Shown here piece after piece: positions 39,982 through 50,792 of a stretch of DNA of 64,000 nucleotides. The DNA comes from Gammaproteobacteria bacterium (lineage in GTDB: Bacteria; Pseudomonadota; Gammaproteobacteria; GCA-001735895). The stretch's first letter is position 1. Every line of letters begins with the position of its first letter. Location of the stretch: the NCBI GenBank assembly GCA_050298595.1, contig JBNKUM010000098.1:8751-72750 (forward strand). The letters are read 5' to 3'. A program made the position numbers and the translations under genes. The notes under the pieces are model-generated. The model did not search any database, was not told where the DNA came from, and saw nothing but the letters and a program-made list of their open reading frames with translations.

Positions 39982-40718
39982 TTTAATGACCTGGCTTCAA
40001 TCATCAGGCGCTTCATCTCTCTTACCGATGAAGCCAGTCCATTGAATACGGCATCAGCAATAATAGCGTGACCAATATTTAGCTCTACAATCTTTGGATT
40101 ACGAGCAATGGGTTGAACATTATGAATATGCAATCCATGACCGGCGTTTACCTGCAGCCCTTTGGCATAGGCATAATCCACAGCATGGTTTATCTGTTGC
40201 AGTAGTTCCTGCTGTTGTTGACCGCTAGCATCGGCATAATGACCTGTGTGTATCTCAATACAGGGTGCTCCACAGGCGAGAGCTGCATCGATTTGCGCTT
40301 CATTAGCATCTATAAACAGTGACACGCGTGTCCCCTGCTCTGCCATGCGATCACAGGCCTGTTTTATACGCTCAAAACCCTGTACAACATCAAGACCACC
40401 TTCAGTAGTTAGTTCTTCCCTTTTTTCTGGAACCAGACAACAGTCCTGTGGTTGCAACTCTTCGGCAAAATCCAGCATTTCATCGGTAACCGCCATCTCC
40501 AGATTCAGCTTGGTTTGCACCATCTGCTTTAACAGATAGCAGTCCCTTTTCTGTATATGTCGCTGATCTTCACGCAAATGAAAGGTGATAGAATCCGCAC
40601 CCGACTGTTCTGCAATAACTGCAGCTGTCACCGGGTCTGGGTAAGTTGTCCCCCTGGCCTGACGCAAGGTAGCAACATGATCAATATTTATCCCTAGCAA
40701 AATACTCTGAGTATTCAT
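39978..40718 (-). CDS. pdxJ: Pyridoxine 5'-phosphate synthase
   Basis: [24 protein letters not shown] and [16 protein letters not shown] motifs. Confidence 0.98.
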   Translation of the reverse strand: MNTQSILLGINIDHVATLRQARGTTYPDPVTAAVIAEQSGADSITFHLREDQRHIQKRDCYLLKQMVQTKLNLEMAVTDEMLDFAEELQPQDCCLVPEKREELTTEGGLDVVQGFERIKQACDRMAEQGTRVSLFIDANEAQIDAALACGAPCIEIHTGHYADASGQQQQELLQQINHAVDYAYAKGLQVNAGHGLHIHNVQPIARNPKIVELNIGHAIIADAVFNGLASSVREMKRLMIEARSLK

Positions 40719-40720
40719 AA

Positions 40721-41431
40721 TTATGCTTTGCCCTTTTTACTGTGAATCATTTGTTGATAGAACTGACGAGATTGTAGCGCTCTACCCTGCAGGTTGAAAT
40801 CAATAATCGAACGCATCAATCGTTTTGCTGCCGGTAGTGTAGATGCTGATGAAAAATCACAGGCCTGTATAGCGATCAATTGCTCAGAAGAAAAAGCGTT
40901 TTTATCAAGCTCATCTGCACGTAACAAACCCGCTGACGGGTTTATCTGATACATTGAGTTTTCTACGATTGGCTGGCCAGCTGAAGACTCTATACCCAAC
41001 TCCGGCATCAGGCCCAAAGAGGTCAGCATGTTGAACTCAAAATTTCTTAGTAACGGTTCCAGAGAATCAGCATCAAGTTGCAACAGAGTACGTTGATATA
41101 ACTCGAACAGATCCGTGTAAGGATCCTGTTTTGGTAACAGATACATGAGTAATTCATTAATATAAAAAACCGCGATCAGGCAGGAGTCAGTAACTTCAAG
41201 TGATCGGCTTTCAATAGTGGTTAACACTTTTAAATCTGAACGACCACTCCAGCCTAGCTGCAATCGGTTACCAATCTGAAAGTGCGATACATCGCGTCGT
41301 TTTCGTGCACCACGCGCTAACAGACTCATGCGTCCATAATCACGAGTAAATAATTCAAGAATCAGACTGGAGTTTTGATATTCACGACGATGGAGCAGGA
41401 ATGCCGCTTGATCATTAACGTGCATATCCAT
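40721..41431 (-). CDS. recO: DNA repair protein RecO
   Basis: AFLLHRR.Y..SSLI.ELFTR..GR and FYINELL motifs; era-recO-pdxJ order. Confidence 0.93.
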   Translation of the reverse strand: MDMHVNDQAAFLLHRREYQNSSLILELFTRDYGRMSLLARGARKRRDVSHFQIGNRLQLGWSGRSDLKVLTTIESRSLEVTDSCLIAVFYINELLMYLLPKQDPYTDLFELYQRTLLQLDADSLEPLLRNFEFNMLTSLGLMPELGIESSAGQPIVENSMYQINPSAGLLRADELDKNAFSSEQLIAIQACDFSSASTLPAAKRLMRSIIDFNLQGRALQSRQFYQQMIHSKKGKA

Positions 41432-41463
41432 TTATTCAATCTGGATAAAGAGTTTAGATGAGG

Positions 41464-42357
41464 TCATTCATTAGAATAGCCAAAGGCTGCCAGCGAGCGT
41501 TCATCATCTGACCAGTCTTCACGTACCTTAACCCATAGCTGTAGATAGACCTTGCAATCGACCAGGCGCTCAATATCTTTACGCGCTTCGGTACCAATTT
41601 TCTTCAGCATGCGTCCCTGATTTCCAATCACAATGCCTTTTTGTGATTTTCGTTCCACCCAGATGGAAGCGGAAATACGTACCATATCTTCTTCGTGGAC
41701 GTAATGCTCGACATTGACGGTTAATGCGTAAGGTAATTCCTGAGTCAGCATACGGAACAGTTTTTCTCGTACAATTTCTGCCACGATGAAACGCATCGGT
41801 TTATCGGTTAACTGATCTACAGGAAAATGCGGGATACCGATGGGCAGACGTGAACGTATTTGAACCATTAACTGCTCAAGATTTTGTTTTTCCAGCGCTG
41901 AGATCGGGATAATATCAACATCAGGCAGCCACAATGACACTTTTTGCATCAGTGGCAACAGATCCTGTTTTCTTATCTGATCGATCTTATTGATCAGAAT
42001 CAGTACATTACTATGCTTTTGCAGACGCTGTAGAATCTGTTCATCATCACCATTTATACTTCTGGCTTCCAGCAATACACAAATTAAATCGACATCACTC
42101 AGCATGCTGGTTGCTGCTCGATTCATGTATCGGTTGATGGCTTTTTTCTGATTTTGGTGTATACCCGGTGTATCCACAAAGATACATTGAAACTCTTCTG
42201 TAGTGAGAATACCTAGAATCTGGTGTCTAGTGGTCTGAGGACGATGCGCGGTAATGCTCAACTTCTCACCTACCAGTGCATTCATCAGTGTCGATTTACC
42301 CGTATTGGGCTTACCAACCAGGGCCACATAACCACATTGAAAGCCTTCAATGTTCAT
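41464..42357 (-). CDS. era: GTPase Era
   Basis: GKPNTGKST, PQTTR, DTPG, NKID and the KH motif VIG..G..LKKIG. Confidence 0.97.
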   Translation of the reverse strand: MNIEGFQCGYVALVGKPNTGKSTLMNALVGEKLSITAHRPQTTRHQILGILTTEEFQCIFVDTPGIHQNQKKAINRYMNRAATSMLSDVDLICVLLEARSINGDDEQILQRLQKHSNVLILINKIDQIRKQDLLPLMQKVSLWLPDVDIIPISALEKQNLEQLMVQIRSRLPIGIPHFPVDQLTDKPMRFIVAEIVREKLFRMLTQELPYALTVNVEHYVHEEDMVRISASIWVERKSQKGIVIGNQGRMLKKIGTEARKDIERLVDCKVYLQLWVKVREDWSDDERSLAAFGYSNE

Positions 42358-43028
42358 TTTTTGGCCTGCCCAAGAGCTCGAGATGCAGCCATTTGCTCAG
42401 CCTTTTTTCGGCTGGTGCCCTTACCATGTGCAGTAATATTCATCGCATCGATTCGGCATTTGACCGTAAAGGTTTGATCATGAGATTTACCTTCGGTTTG
42501 CACCACTTCATATTCAGGTAAATCATGTTTATGGCTTTGCAGGTATTCCTGCAAGGTTGTTTTAGGGTCTTTCAAATCACCTGGGGAAGGTAGCGTAACC
42601 AGATAGTCTTCGTATAGAAACAGGATAGTTTGTTTACACTGCTCAAAGCCTCCATCCAGATAAATTGCTCCAAATAGCGCTTCCATAGCATCTGATAAAA
42701 TTGAGGCTCGTCTATAGCCTCCGCTTTTAAGTTCTCCGCTACCAAGCTGCAGGAAATCACCCAGGTTGATATCTCGTGCAACTGTCGCCAGTGCATCTTC
42801 CTTGACCAGACTGGCTCGAACCCGGCTTAGTTCTCCTTCAGTTGCATCAGTCAGACGAAGAAACAGGTGCTCGGAAATTACCAAACCTAAAATACTATCC
42901 CCCAGGAATTCCAGCGTTTCATTATTATTATTCTTTGAAAAGCTACGATGTGTCATCGCAGTCTGTAGTAATTCATCATCTTTAAATTGATAATGAATCA
43001 CTACCTGCAATTGTTGCAGCGGTTTCAC
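42354..43028 (-). CDS. rnc: Ribonuclease III
   Basis: THRS, E(T)LEFLGD, D..EAL.GAIYLD and a C-terminal dsRBD. Confidence 0.97.
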   Translation of the reverse strand: MKPLQQLQVVIHYQFKDDELLQTAMTHRSFSKNNNNETLEFLGDSILGLVISEHLFLRLTDATEGELSRVRASLVKEDALATVARDINLGDFLQLGSGELKSGGYRRASILSDAMEALFGAIYLDGGFEQCKQTILFLYEDYLVTLPSPGDLKDPKTTLQEYLQSHKHDLPEYEVVQTEGKSHDQTFTVKCRIDAMNITAHGKGTSRKKAEQMAASRALGQAKK

Positions 43029-43408
43029 CTGTTAATCTCAACCGAGTAATTGAATTTTGCGACAAGATATAGCTGAGCGATATAAGGCTTTTCGACCGAA
43101 TAATCTACGGTGATTGTAGTGATTCCTTCTTTACGCACAAAACTGACATTCTCTCGCTTGATATTTCGAATCGAATTAACCACTAGACGTTTACTAATTG
43201 CATCCCATAAGTCTTTTTTGGATTTTGGATCTATTGATGGATCATTTGCCACAGAATCAACTACCGATTTCACATTAAAATAATCCAGATACATAGGTAA
43301 AATCTTTAAGCCGGTAAGTACGATACTTCCAAAAATCGCTATTATAATTATCCAGCCGATAGTCGTTAAGCCTTTCTGTGAATGCCTGTTCATAGTTTTC
43401 TCACTCAT
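43025..43408 (-). CDS. DUF4845-type pilin-like membrane protein
   Basis: QKGLT-hydrophobic N-terminus, K..P.Y.DY motif, and the usual position between lepB and rnc. Confidence 0.8.
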   Translation of the reverse strand: MSEKTMNRHSQKGLTTIGWIIIIAIFGSIVLTGLKILPMYLDYFNVKSVVDSVANDPSIDPKSKKDLWDAISKRLVVNSIRNIKRENVSFVRKEGITTITVDYSVEKPYIAQLYLVAKFNYSVEINR

Positions 43409-44202
43409 ATTTTCTGACCAATTCTTGATAAGTCTAGACCACTACCGCCAGCTCGCCAATCCCAGTGCATCCAGACTCTAACGGCTTTCCCTACCAGATT
43501 CTGCTCAGGTACAAAGCCCCAGTAACGACTATCGTTACTATGGTCTCGATTATCTCCCATTACGAAGTAATGCCCATCGGGTACGATCAGTTCTCCTTCC
43601 GTACTAAATTCTATGTTTGAATCAGTCATCATGGTATAGGAATGGTCGCCCTGTTTTTCAATAAAAACATCGCTCCCTTTCATATTATCCCGACCGGTCC
43701 CCTGACCTTCAAACACCTTTTGAAACTCCACTGGCAAGGGCTTATCGTTAATCATTAATCGTCTACCATAATAGCTCACATGATCACCCGGCAACCCAAT
43801 CACTCGTTTGATAAAATCTACGGATTCGTCTTTGGGATAGCGAAAAACCGCAACATCTCCACGTTCGGGTTTTACTCCCTCGGTCACCCTGGTATGTACA
43901 ACAGGCAAGCGTAATCCGTAAGTGTATTTATTCACTAAAATAAAATCACCCACCAGTAACGTTGGCATCATTGAGCCTGAAGGTATACGAAACGGCTCAT
44001 AAAGAAATGTGCGCAATAGCATCACGGCCAGTAAAACCGGGAAAAAAGACTTGGAATACTCGACCAGTATTGGATCAGGAGAAGCGGTACCACTAGAATT
44101 AAGCTGCCTTTTAGAAGCTAGAAATAGTTTATCTATCAGCCATATAAAGCCGGTAACAGCAACAGCTGCAACCAGTACAAATTCAAAATCAAAATGAATC
44201 AT
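43405..44202 (-). CDS. lepB: Signal peptidase I
   Basis: EPFRIPSGSMMPTL, FIKRVIGLPGD and GDNRDHSNDSRYWG motifs. Confidence 0.98.
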   Translation of the reverse strand: MIHFDFEFVLVAAVAVTGFIWLIDKLFLASKRQLNSSGTASPDPILVEYSKSFFPVLLAVMLLRTFLYEPFRIPSGSMMPTLLVGDFILVNKYTYGLRLPVVHTRVTEGVKPERGDVAVFRYPKDESVDFIKRVIGLPGDHVSYYGRRLMINDKPLPVEFQKVFEGQGTGRDNMKGSDVFIEKQGDHSYTMMTDSNIEFSTEGELIVPDGHYFVMGDNRDHSNDSRYWGFVPEQNLVGKAVRVWMHWDWRAGGSGLDLSRIGQKI

Positions 44203-44261
44203 ATTTCACTAAACTCTTCTATATTAAAAATTTTGGAGGCCCGGTATAGACCAGAGGCCCC

Positions 44262-46061
44262 TTATTTACTATCTACCTGCAAAACGGCGAGGAAGGCATC
44301 CTGAGGTATTTCAACACGACCTACCTGTTTCATGCGTTTCTTACCCGCTTTTTGCTTTTCCAGCAGTTTTTTCTTACGCGACACGTCACCACCGTAACAT
44401 TTTGCAGTCACGTTTTTGCGCAGTGCTTTAACATTGGTTCGGGCAATGATATGCGCGCCTATTGCAGCCTGAATGGCCACATCAAACATTTGACGGGGAA
44501 TCAAATCTTTCATCTTACTGGCAAGTTCACGACCACGATAATCGGCATTATCTCTATGTACGATGATAGATAAGGCATCTACACGCTCGTTATTAATCAG
44601 CACATCAAGTTTCACAAGGTTTGCCGCTTCAAAGCGTAGAAATTCATAATCGAAAGAAGCATAACCCCGGCTCACACTCTTCAATCGATCAAAGAAATCC
44701 AGAACAACTTCACTCATAGGAATTTCATACACGATAGAAACCTGACTACCCATATATTGAATCTGTTTCTGCACACCTCGCTTTTCGACACACAGGGTAA
44801 TAATTGCGCCAATATAGGCCTCAGGTGTCAGAATATTCGCACGAATAATCGGCTCACGGATTTCATTGATTTTATTCACCGCAGGTAACTCGGCCGGGTT
44901 ATGGATTTCAATAATCTCACCCGAGGTACTTTCCACCTGATAGATAACGGTAGGTGCTGTGGTGATCAAATCCAGATCGTACTCACGCTCCAGACGCTCC
45001 TGCACAATCTCCATGTGTAACATACCGAGGAAACCGCAACGAAAGCCGAAGCCCAACGCCTGCGAAGTTTCCGGTTCAAACTGTAATGCAGCATCGTTTA
45101 ATTTAAGCTTTTTTAATGCTTCACGGCAGTTTTCATAGTCATCCGAGCTGATCGGAAATAAACCCGCAAATACCCGCGGCTGAATTTCCTTAAAACCTGG
45201 CAAAGCCTGGTCAGCAGGATTTTGCACAAGAGTAATGGTATCACCGACTTTTGCGGATTCGATATCCTTGATTCCGGAAATAATATAACCCACTTCACCA
45301 CAGGATAATTGTGCGGTAGCAGTACGCTTTGGAGTAAATACTCCTACCTGATCCACCAGAAATTCAAATCCAGTTGACATCATTTTAATTTTTTGGCGTG
45401 GTTTGACACTACCCTGCATAACACGAACCAGCGTAATAACACCGACATAGCTATCGAACCATGAGTCTATGATCAACGCCTGACAGGGCAAGTTTTCATC
45501 ACCCTGAGGAGGAGGAACCTTAGCCACCAGCTGTTCTAATAAATCATCGATACCAATACCGGTTTTTGCGCTGACTTCTATCGCCTCACTGGCATCCAGA
45601 CCGATAATGTCCTCGATTTCTTTCTTAACTTTCTCTGGATCTGCGGCTGGCAGGTCGATTTTATTAAGTACAGGAATGACTTCCAGATTCATATCTATCG
45701 CTGTATAACAGTTAGCCACTGACTGGGCTTCTACGCCCTGAGAAGCATCGACAACCAGTAGAGCACCTTCACAGGCCGCCAGGGAACGTGATACCTCATA
45801 AGAGAAATCTACATGTCCAGGAGTATCGATAAAGTTGAGTTGATAGACCTCGCCATCGCGTGCTTTATATTTCAGTGAAACTGACTGAGCCTTAATGGTT
45901 ATCCCACGTTCGCGCTCCAGATCCATCGAATCCAGCACCTGCTCAGACATCTCGCGTTCGGTTAACCCTTCACAGATCTGTATAAAACGGTCTGCGATGG
46001 TGGATTTACCGTGATCGATATGAGCAATAATGGAAAAGTTTCGGATATTCTGCATCCGCAT
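44262..46061 (-). CDS. lepA: Translation elongation factor 4
   Basis: [24 protein letters not shown] and [14 protein letters not shown] motifs. Confidence 0.99.
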   Translation of the reverse strand: MRMQNIRNFSIIAHIDHGKSTIADRFIQICEGLTEREMSEQVLDSMDLERERGITIKAQSVSLKYKARDGEVYQLNFIDTPGHVDFSYEVSRSLAACEGALLVVDASQGVEAQSVANCYTAIDMNLEVIPVLNKIDLPAADPEKVKKEIEDIIGLDASEAIEVSAKTGIGIDDLLEQLVAKVPPPQGDENLPCQALIIDSWFDSYVGVITLVRVMQGSVKPRQKIKMMSTGFEFLVDQVGVFTPKRTATAQLSCGEVGYIISGIKDIESAKVGDTITLVQNPADQALPGFKEIQPRVFAGLFPISSDDYENCREALKKLKLNDAALQFEPETSQALGFGFRCGFLGMLHMEIVQERLEREYDLDLITTAPTVIYQVESTSGEIIEIHNPAELPAVNKINEIREPIIRANILTPEAYIGAIITLCVEKRGVQKQIQYMGSQVSIVYEIPMSEVVLDFFDRLKSVSRGYASFDYEFLRFEAANLVKLDVLINNERVDALSIIVHRDNADYRGRELASKMKDLIPRQMFDVAIQAAIGAHIIARTNVKALRKNVTAKCYGGDVSRKKKLLEKQKAGKKRMKQVGRVEIPQDAFLAVLQVDSK

Positions 46062-46163
46062 AGATAAAAGCCCAGGTTGAAAAGCCTGCGAATTTTACGG
46101 GAAACTACCGCAAAGAGACAGGGCGAAAACGAAGTTTAGCCAAAAAATGCCTCAATAGTTTGT

Positions 46164-46415
46164 TCAGACTGATAATAGTTCGAGGATCGCCTTTTCGTCG
46201 ATGAAATAGTGGCAAACCTCATTTCCATCCAGTTGCAATACAGGAACCAGAGTATCGAACTGAAAAATCAGATCGGTATCACGATCAATATCGATTTCTG
46301 TCCAGGTGAAGGCCACCTTTTTCTGAAGCTTTGCCAATGCGAGTCGCATCGACTCGCAAAGGTGGCAGTTTTCTCGATAATAAAGGATGAAGCTTTTCTG
46401 AGCTGCTGCAGCCAC
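46164..46415 (-). CDS. Glutaredoxin-like protein (DUF836 type)
   Basis: CHLC and VPVL motifs. GTG 46415, just after the mucD stop, is preferred over the overlapping start at 46460. Confidence 0.8.
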   Translation of the reverse strand: MAAAAQKSFILYYRENCHLCESMRLALAKLQKKVAFTWTEIDIDRDTDLIFQFDTLVPVLQLDGNEVCHYFIDEKAILELLSV

Positions 46416-46419
46416 TGAA

Positions 46420-47838
46420 TCAGGGCTTGTCAGGTTTAATGGCCAGAAACACTGGGCCACTACTACGCTGAATCAAGATGGCAACTGACTTTTGATCTTG
46501 TAGCCCATCCACAACCTCATTAAATTCGTCCACTGTATTCACACCGTGGTTATCTATCATACTGATCACATCACCTTTTCGGATACCTGCACTGCTGGCA
46601 GGCCCCTGAGCATCAGTATCCATTACAAGCACACCCGCAGACAGACCCAGCCTGTCACGTGTAGCCTTGTCCAGGGGAGTAACCGTCATTCCAAGAGCAG
46701 ACTTTTCTACTTCTTTAGGTTTTACCACTGGTGCAGAAGCCTGAGTAATATCAGTCGGTAACTGAGCAATTTTCACCTTAATGGTTTTTTCCTTACGATC
46801 ACGAATAATAGTGACATCCGCATACTTATCAACCGCCGTTCTGCCAACCAGAGGGGGCAAGCTACTTGAACGCGTCACTTTCTTACCATTGAATTCGACG
46901 ATCACATCTCCAACCTGTAAACCAGCCTGCTGAGCAGGGCTATCATCCAGCACCTTGGCTACAAGAGCACCGTGTGGGGTCTTCATTCCGAAAGTTTCAG
47001 CCAGTTCGCGCGTAACTTCCTGAATCAGTACGCCTAACCAGCCACGTGATACCTTGCCACTCTCCTTGATTTGCATAGCAACATCGACAGCCATCTCGAT
47101 TGGAATAGCAAACGACAGTCCCATAAACCCACCCGAACGGCTATATATCTGTGAGTTGATACCAATAACTTCACCATCCATATTAAACAATGGACCACCG
47201 GAGTTACCGGGATTAATGGCCACATCCGTTTGAATAAAAGGTACATAGTTATCACTAGGTAAGCTACGACTCTTGGCACTCACGATGCCTGCGGTTACGG
47301 TATGGTCAAAACCAAAAGGTGAACCTATAGCCAGCACCCATTCTCCAACTTTCAGAGCATTCGAGTCACCGAATTTAAGCATTGGAAAATCATCACCTTC
47401 AATCTTGATCAGAGCAATATCCGAATCCTTATCAGAACCTATCACCTTAGCTTCATACTCTTCGCGATTATTCAGTCGAACAATCACTTCATCAGCACCA
47501 TCAACCACATGGTGATTGGTCAGAATATAGCCATCCCTGGAAATAATAAAACCAGATCCGAGTGAACTGGTTTCTCGATCAGGTATACCTAATCCGTCCG
47601 GATTAAAGAATTTTTTAAACAATTCACTGAAGGGCGAGCCATCTGGAAGCTGAGGAATCTCCAGATGCTTATGCAATTGATTACTTTTAATGATTTTAGA
47701 AGTACTGATATTAACCACCGAATCTTTCGCTTTTTCTACAATGCCCGTAAAGTCAGGTAACTGGTTAGCAAACGCAATCGGTGTGTTGAAAAAAAGGATG
47801 CTAAAAGCAATAAAAAATAGCGGAACAATTTTTTTCAT
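46420..47838 (-). CDS. mucD: Periplasmic serine protease, DegP/MucD type, two PDZ domains
   Basis: LGSGFII, TNHHVV and QTDVAINPGNSGG; last gene of the rpoE-rseABC operon. Confidence 0.9.
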   Translation of the reverse strand: MKKIVPLFFIAFSILFFNTPIAFANQLPDFTGIVEKAKDSVVNISTSKIIKSNQLHKHLEIPQLPDGSPFSELFKKFFNPDGLGIPDRETSSLGSGFIISRDGYILTNHHVVDGADEVIVRLNNREEYEAKVIGSDKDSDIALIKIEGDDFPMLKFGDSNALKVGEWVLAIGSPFGFDHTVTAGIVSAKSRSLPSDNYVPFIQTDVAINPGNSGGPLFNMDGEVIGINSQIYSRSGGFMGLSFAIPIEMAVDVAMQIKESGKVSRGWLGVLIQEVTRELAETFGMKTPHGALVAKVLDDSPAQQAGLQVGDVIVEFNGKKVTRSSSLPPLVGRTAVDKYADVTIIRDRKEKTIKVKIAQLPTDITQASAPVVKPKEVEKSALGMTVTPLDKATRDRLGLSAGVLVMDTDAQGPASSAGIRKGDVISMIDNHGVNTVDEFNEVVDGLQDQKSVAILIQRSSGPVFLAIKPDKP

Positions 47839-47894
47839 TTTTTAATCTCTAAAATAAAGTAACGATTAATAGGACTAGAAGATTGAGCTTAGGT

Positions 47895-48323
47895 TCACCA
47901 GATTTTACGCATGATTTTCGGCTGTAATGCGTTCGCATAACGACGCCGAGACAGACTACCGGAAAATAGTAGCCCCGTAATCAAACCGAGCATAGAGAGC
48001 ACCACAGTTACCCACTCAACATGCCAGAGTAACTCAGCTAATAATGCACTTAAAAAGAATGTTAATAACGGTAACAGATAAATCAGAAAAGAGCTTAAAA
48101 GGTAGGATTTATCAGGAATAGCCAGTATCACCTTATCCCCTGATTTAAGACCCAGAGTGTTTGAAAAAACCCACTCAGTACTTTTATAACCCATTAATTT
48201 ACCGAGACTTCCAGTACCGCAACCTTCGTTTAAACTACAGTGCTGGCAACCTGACTGTCGTTTAACCGTCATCCAGACCTTATCACCTTTAACAAAAGTT
48301 ACCTGAGCCTGTTGTTCTATCAT
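47895..48323 (-). CDS. rseC: RseC/MucC family protein
   Basis: CxxCxxxxCG motif, Y.LPL and two TM helices; follows rseB. Confidence 0.9.
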   Translation of the reverse strand: MIEQQAQVTFVKGDKVWMTVKRQSGCQHCSLNEGCGTGSLGKLMGYKSTEWVFSNTLGLKSGDKVILAIPDKSYLLSSFLIYLLPLLTFFLSALLAELLWHVEWVTVVLSMLGLITGLLFSGSLSRRRYANALQPKIMRKIW

Positions 48324-48338
48324 TGGACGTACTCTGAA

Positions 48339-49349
48339 TTAATTCTGATACACCACAGCTTCTGCAATCTGTCGTACGGTAACAGCCGGTACTTCTCCGA
48401 TTGCAGTGATATTAAATTCTTTATAACGTGTACCAAAGGCATTCACCGCTCCCATTGATGACTCGCCCACAAGCTGTTGATCATGTGCTTGCTCGATAAA
48501 TACTGAAACAGAGGCCATACCATCGGTTAAAATCATTTGCTGGGTATAATCATCAGTAAGCGACATTTTTTTGCGGAAAGAAGTTTCCAGCCAGAAGCCT
48601 CCTGGAACCGACTTTAACTGCCATTTATCATCGGAACTCTGTGGGTTGCCATCAGCTCCCTGGTGTGATTGTATTAATGCATAGCTATCATCGATTTTAG
48701 GTAACACTGAAAAAGCTTTTTGCTGTTCACTGTCGAGTAAGGTTAAATCAGTAAACATGACCTGTTCTACATTTTCACCATTCCCATCTATCACAGAAGA
48801 CTGGACTAACAAACCAGTACCCACATCCAGCCAGATCTTCATCCCGTATCTAAACTCATCCCTCGGTAAAATTGAGATAATGACAGCATTACGATCAGCG
48901 ATCCGGTCATGACCTAATATTTTAAATTCGTAAAATTTTGAGAGTCTTTGCACATCCTCCGGAATCCAGATGGGTGATACATTATTCACCTGTTTTGCCT
49001 GATCAACGACTACCTGTTTACTGGATGGCCAGATACAGGTCAGGTTTTTATTGTCGCGAAGAATTTCACGAGCTTCGCCATTAAGAGATACCAGGCGCTC
49101 GCGATTACCAAGTTCATCTTTTACATGAACAATGGACATGCTCTCCAGTTGCCCGTCGTGCAGATACACGAAGTGCCCCTGATAACTATATTGCTGCATA
49201 GCGTGCGACATTTTTTGGATCCATTGCATCGCATCATTCTGGGTACTGTCGGCATAACTATCTACTCCCTGAAGCGCCAGGGAACTGAATAAAAGTATCT
49301 GAATAAAAAATACAGGGTGATACGACCTGTTTTTATTTCTGGTCATCAA
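48339..49349 (-). CDS. rseB: Sigma-E regulatory protein RseB/MucB
   Basis: SY.G.FVY, ERL.SLNGEAREI, DG.ASVSVFIE and GEVP..T motifs. Confidence 0.93.
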   Translation of the reverse strand: MMTRNKNRSYHPVFFIQILLFSSLALQGVDSYADSTQNDAMQWIQKMSHAMQQYSYQGHFVYLHDGQLESMSIVHVKDELGNRERLVSLNGEAREILRDNKNLTCIWPSSKQVVVDQAKQVNNVSPIWIPEDVQRLSKFYEFKILGHDRIADRNAVIISILPRDEFRYGMKIWLDVGTGLLVQSSVIDGNGENVEQVMFTDLTLLDSEQQKAFSVLPKIDDSYALIQSHQGADGNPQSSDDKWQLKSVPGGFWLETSFRKKMSLTDDYTQQMILTDGMASVSVFIEQAHDQQLVGESSMGAVNAFGTRYKEFNITAIGEVPAVTVRQIAEAVVYQN

Positions 49350-49977
49350 ATCCTACTACTCTGGCCTGAGGAATAATTCCACTCATGGAATTAGAATACT
49401 CATTGTGATTGATCAAATAAATGTTCAATTTATTCTGCATTGCAGGTTCATTGCGTTTAATCTTCCAGTTCATACCATTCACCAGTTTACGAGCAGGTGC
49501 AGCAGTTGAAACTAGCTGAGCATTGTTCTGTATCACAGGAATCTGTGCTAAACGTTCCACCTTGGCACTACTGGCATCAGAATTTGCCAACTGATCAGGC
49601 TGACTGTTTGTCAACTGCGTAGACTGGAAGGTAGAAATAGTAATTACAGCAACTGCCGCCGCCACAGCAAGTCCAGCAACGGGCTTAAATAACCAGCCCC
49701 ACAAGTTTACAGGTACTCTGTTAGTTGAGCGTTTTTTATTGCTGGAGGGTTTAAGCGATGATTCCTGAGCAATTTGCGACATAACGTCTGCTGCAAACCC
49801 TGGCCTGATTTGATCCGGAATGTCATTGCGCATCGTATCGCCGATCAACTGGTATCGATTCAGGGTGTTTCGTTGATTAATGTCAGCTAACAACTCGTTA
49901 AGAGCCTTATGCTCTTCTTCGTTTGCCTGAAAATCATCCATCAGCGCAGATAGCTTTTCATTTTGCTCATTCATCAT
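49333..49977 (-). CDS. rseA: Anti-sigma-E factor RseA/MucA
   Basis: EKLSALMD, RYQLIGD.MR, TM AVAAAVA and YL..HNEY motifs. Confidence 0.92.
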   Translation of the reverse strand: MMNEQNEKLSALMDDFQANEEEHKALNELLADINQRNTLNRYQLIGDTMRNDIPDQIRPGFAADVMSQIAQESSLKPSSNKKRSTNRVPVNLWGWLFKPVAGLAVAAAVAVITISTFQSTQLTNSQPDQLANSDASSAKVERLAQIPVIQNNAQLVSTAAPARKLVNGMNWKIKRNEPAMQNKLNIYLINHNEYSNSMSGIIPQARVVGFDDQK

Positions 49978-50011
49978 CTTAATTCCGGTATTCTCATAGT
50001 TATCATTTTAG

Positions 50012-50587
50012 TCATTCCAACAACGGTCTTAGTTCCTTATCAATTGCATCCCGAGCACGAAATATTCGCGATCTGACCGTACCAATAGGGCAATCCATTA
50101 CCGACGCAATCTCCTCATAACTTAAGCCTTCGATTTCTCGCAGCGTAATCGCTGATTTTAAATCATCCGGTAAGGCTTCTATAGCTGCATAAATTGTATG
50201 TTTGATCTCATCAGTAAGCATTAAGTTCTCAGGGGTGGTAAATTCTTTTAATCCACTTTCCCCACCGAAGTGTTCAGCATCATCAACATCAACCGAATAG
50301 TTCGGTGTTTTGCGACTTTTTGATGCCAGGTGGTTTTTGGCCGTATTAGCAGCAATTCTATACAGCCAGGTATAAAACTGACTATCACCTCTAAAATTGG
50401 GTAAAGCTCTATAAGCCTTGATAAAGGCTTCCTGGGCCACGTCATAACACTCACTATGGTCAGACACAAAACGGGAAATCAAATTCACCACTTTTTGCTG
50501 ATACCTTAGTACCAGCACATCAAATGCAGCTTTGTCCCCCTGCTGGACACGCTCAACCAACTCGACGTCTAATTCTTTGGACCCCAT
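50012..50587 (-). CDS. rpoE: ECF sigma factor sigma-E (AlgU)
   Basis: LVERVQ.GDK.AF, FRGDS.FYTWLYRIA.N and MDCPIGTVRSRIFRAR; start at ATG 50587. Confidence 0.97.
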   Translation of the reverse strand: MGSKELDVELVERVQQGDKAAFDVLVLRYQQKVVNLISRFVSDHSECYDVAQEAFIKAYRALPNFRGDSQFYTWLYRIAANTAKNHLASKSRKTPNYSVDVDDAEHFGGESGLKEFTTPENLMLTDEIKHTIYAAIEALPDDLKSAITLREIEGLSYEEIASVMDCPIGTVRSRIFRARDAIDKELRPLLE

Positions 50588-50653
50588 TAAATAACCTTGT
50601 TTTGATTTTCTTTTACTGATTTTTAAAAACCAGTGCCCGTTTAAATCCACCTA

Positions 50654-50680
50654 TGTGACAGGCAATATATCAAAAGATTC
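50654..50680 (-). promoter_or_regulatory. Possible autoregulatory sigma-E promoter
   Basis: Minus strand GAATCT-N16-TCACA compared with consensus GAACTT-N16-TCnnA. Confidence 0.35.
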
Positions 50681-50792
50681 TCTTCAAGATAGATTTTTTG
50701 TGTCAAATTTTCTATAGGCATGGTGTTTTTTGAAGAATCTCTGCATACTCACAGGTCTTACACTCATTTCTCCAGGGCTTCTTAATGATATC

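Noticed and set aside
46415-46460. 41-nt overlap between the glutaredoxin-like ORF and mucD
   Set aside because: Resolved by an in-frame GTG at 46415, just after the mucD stop.
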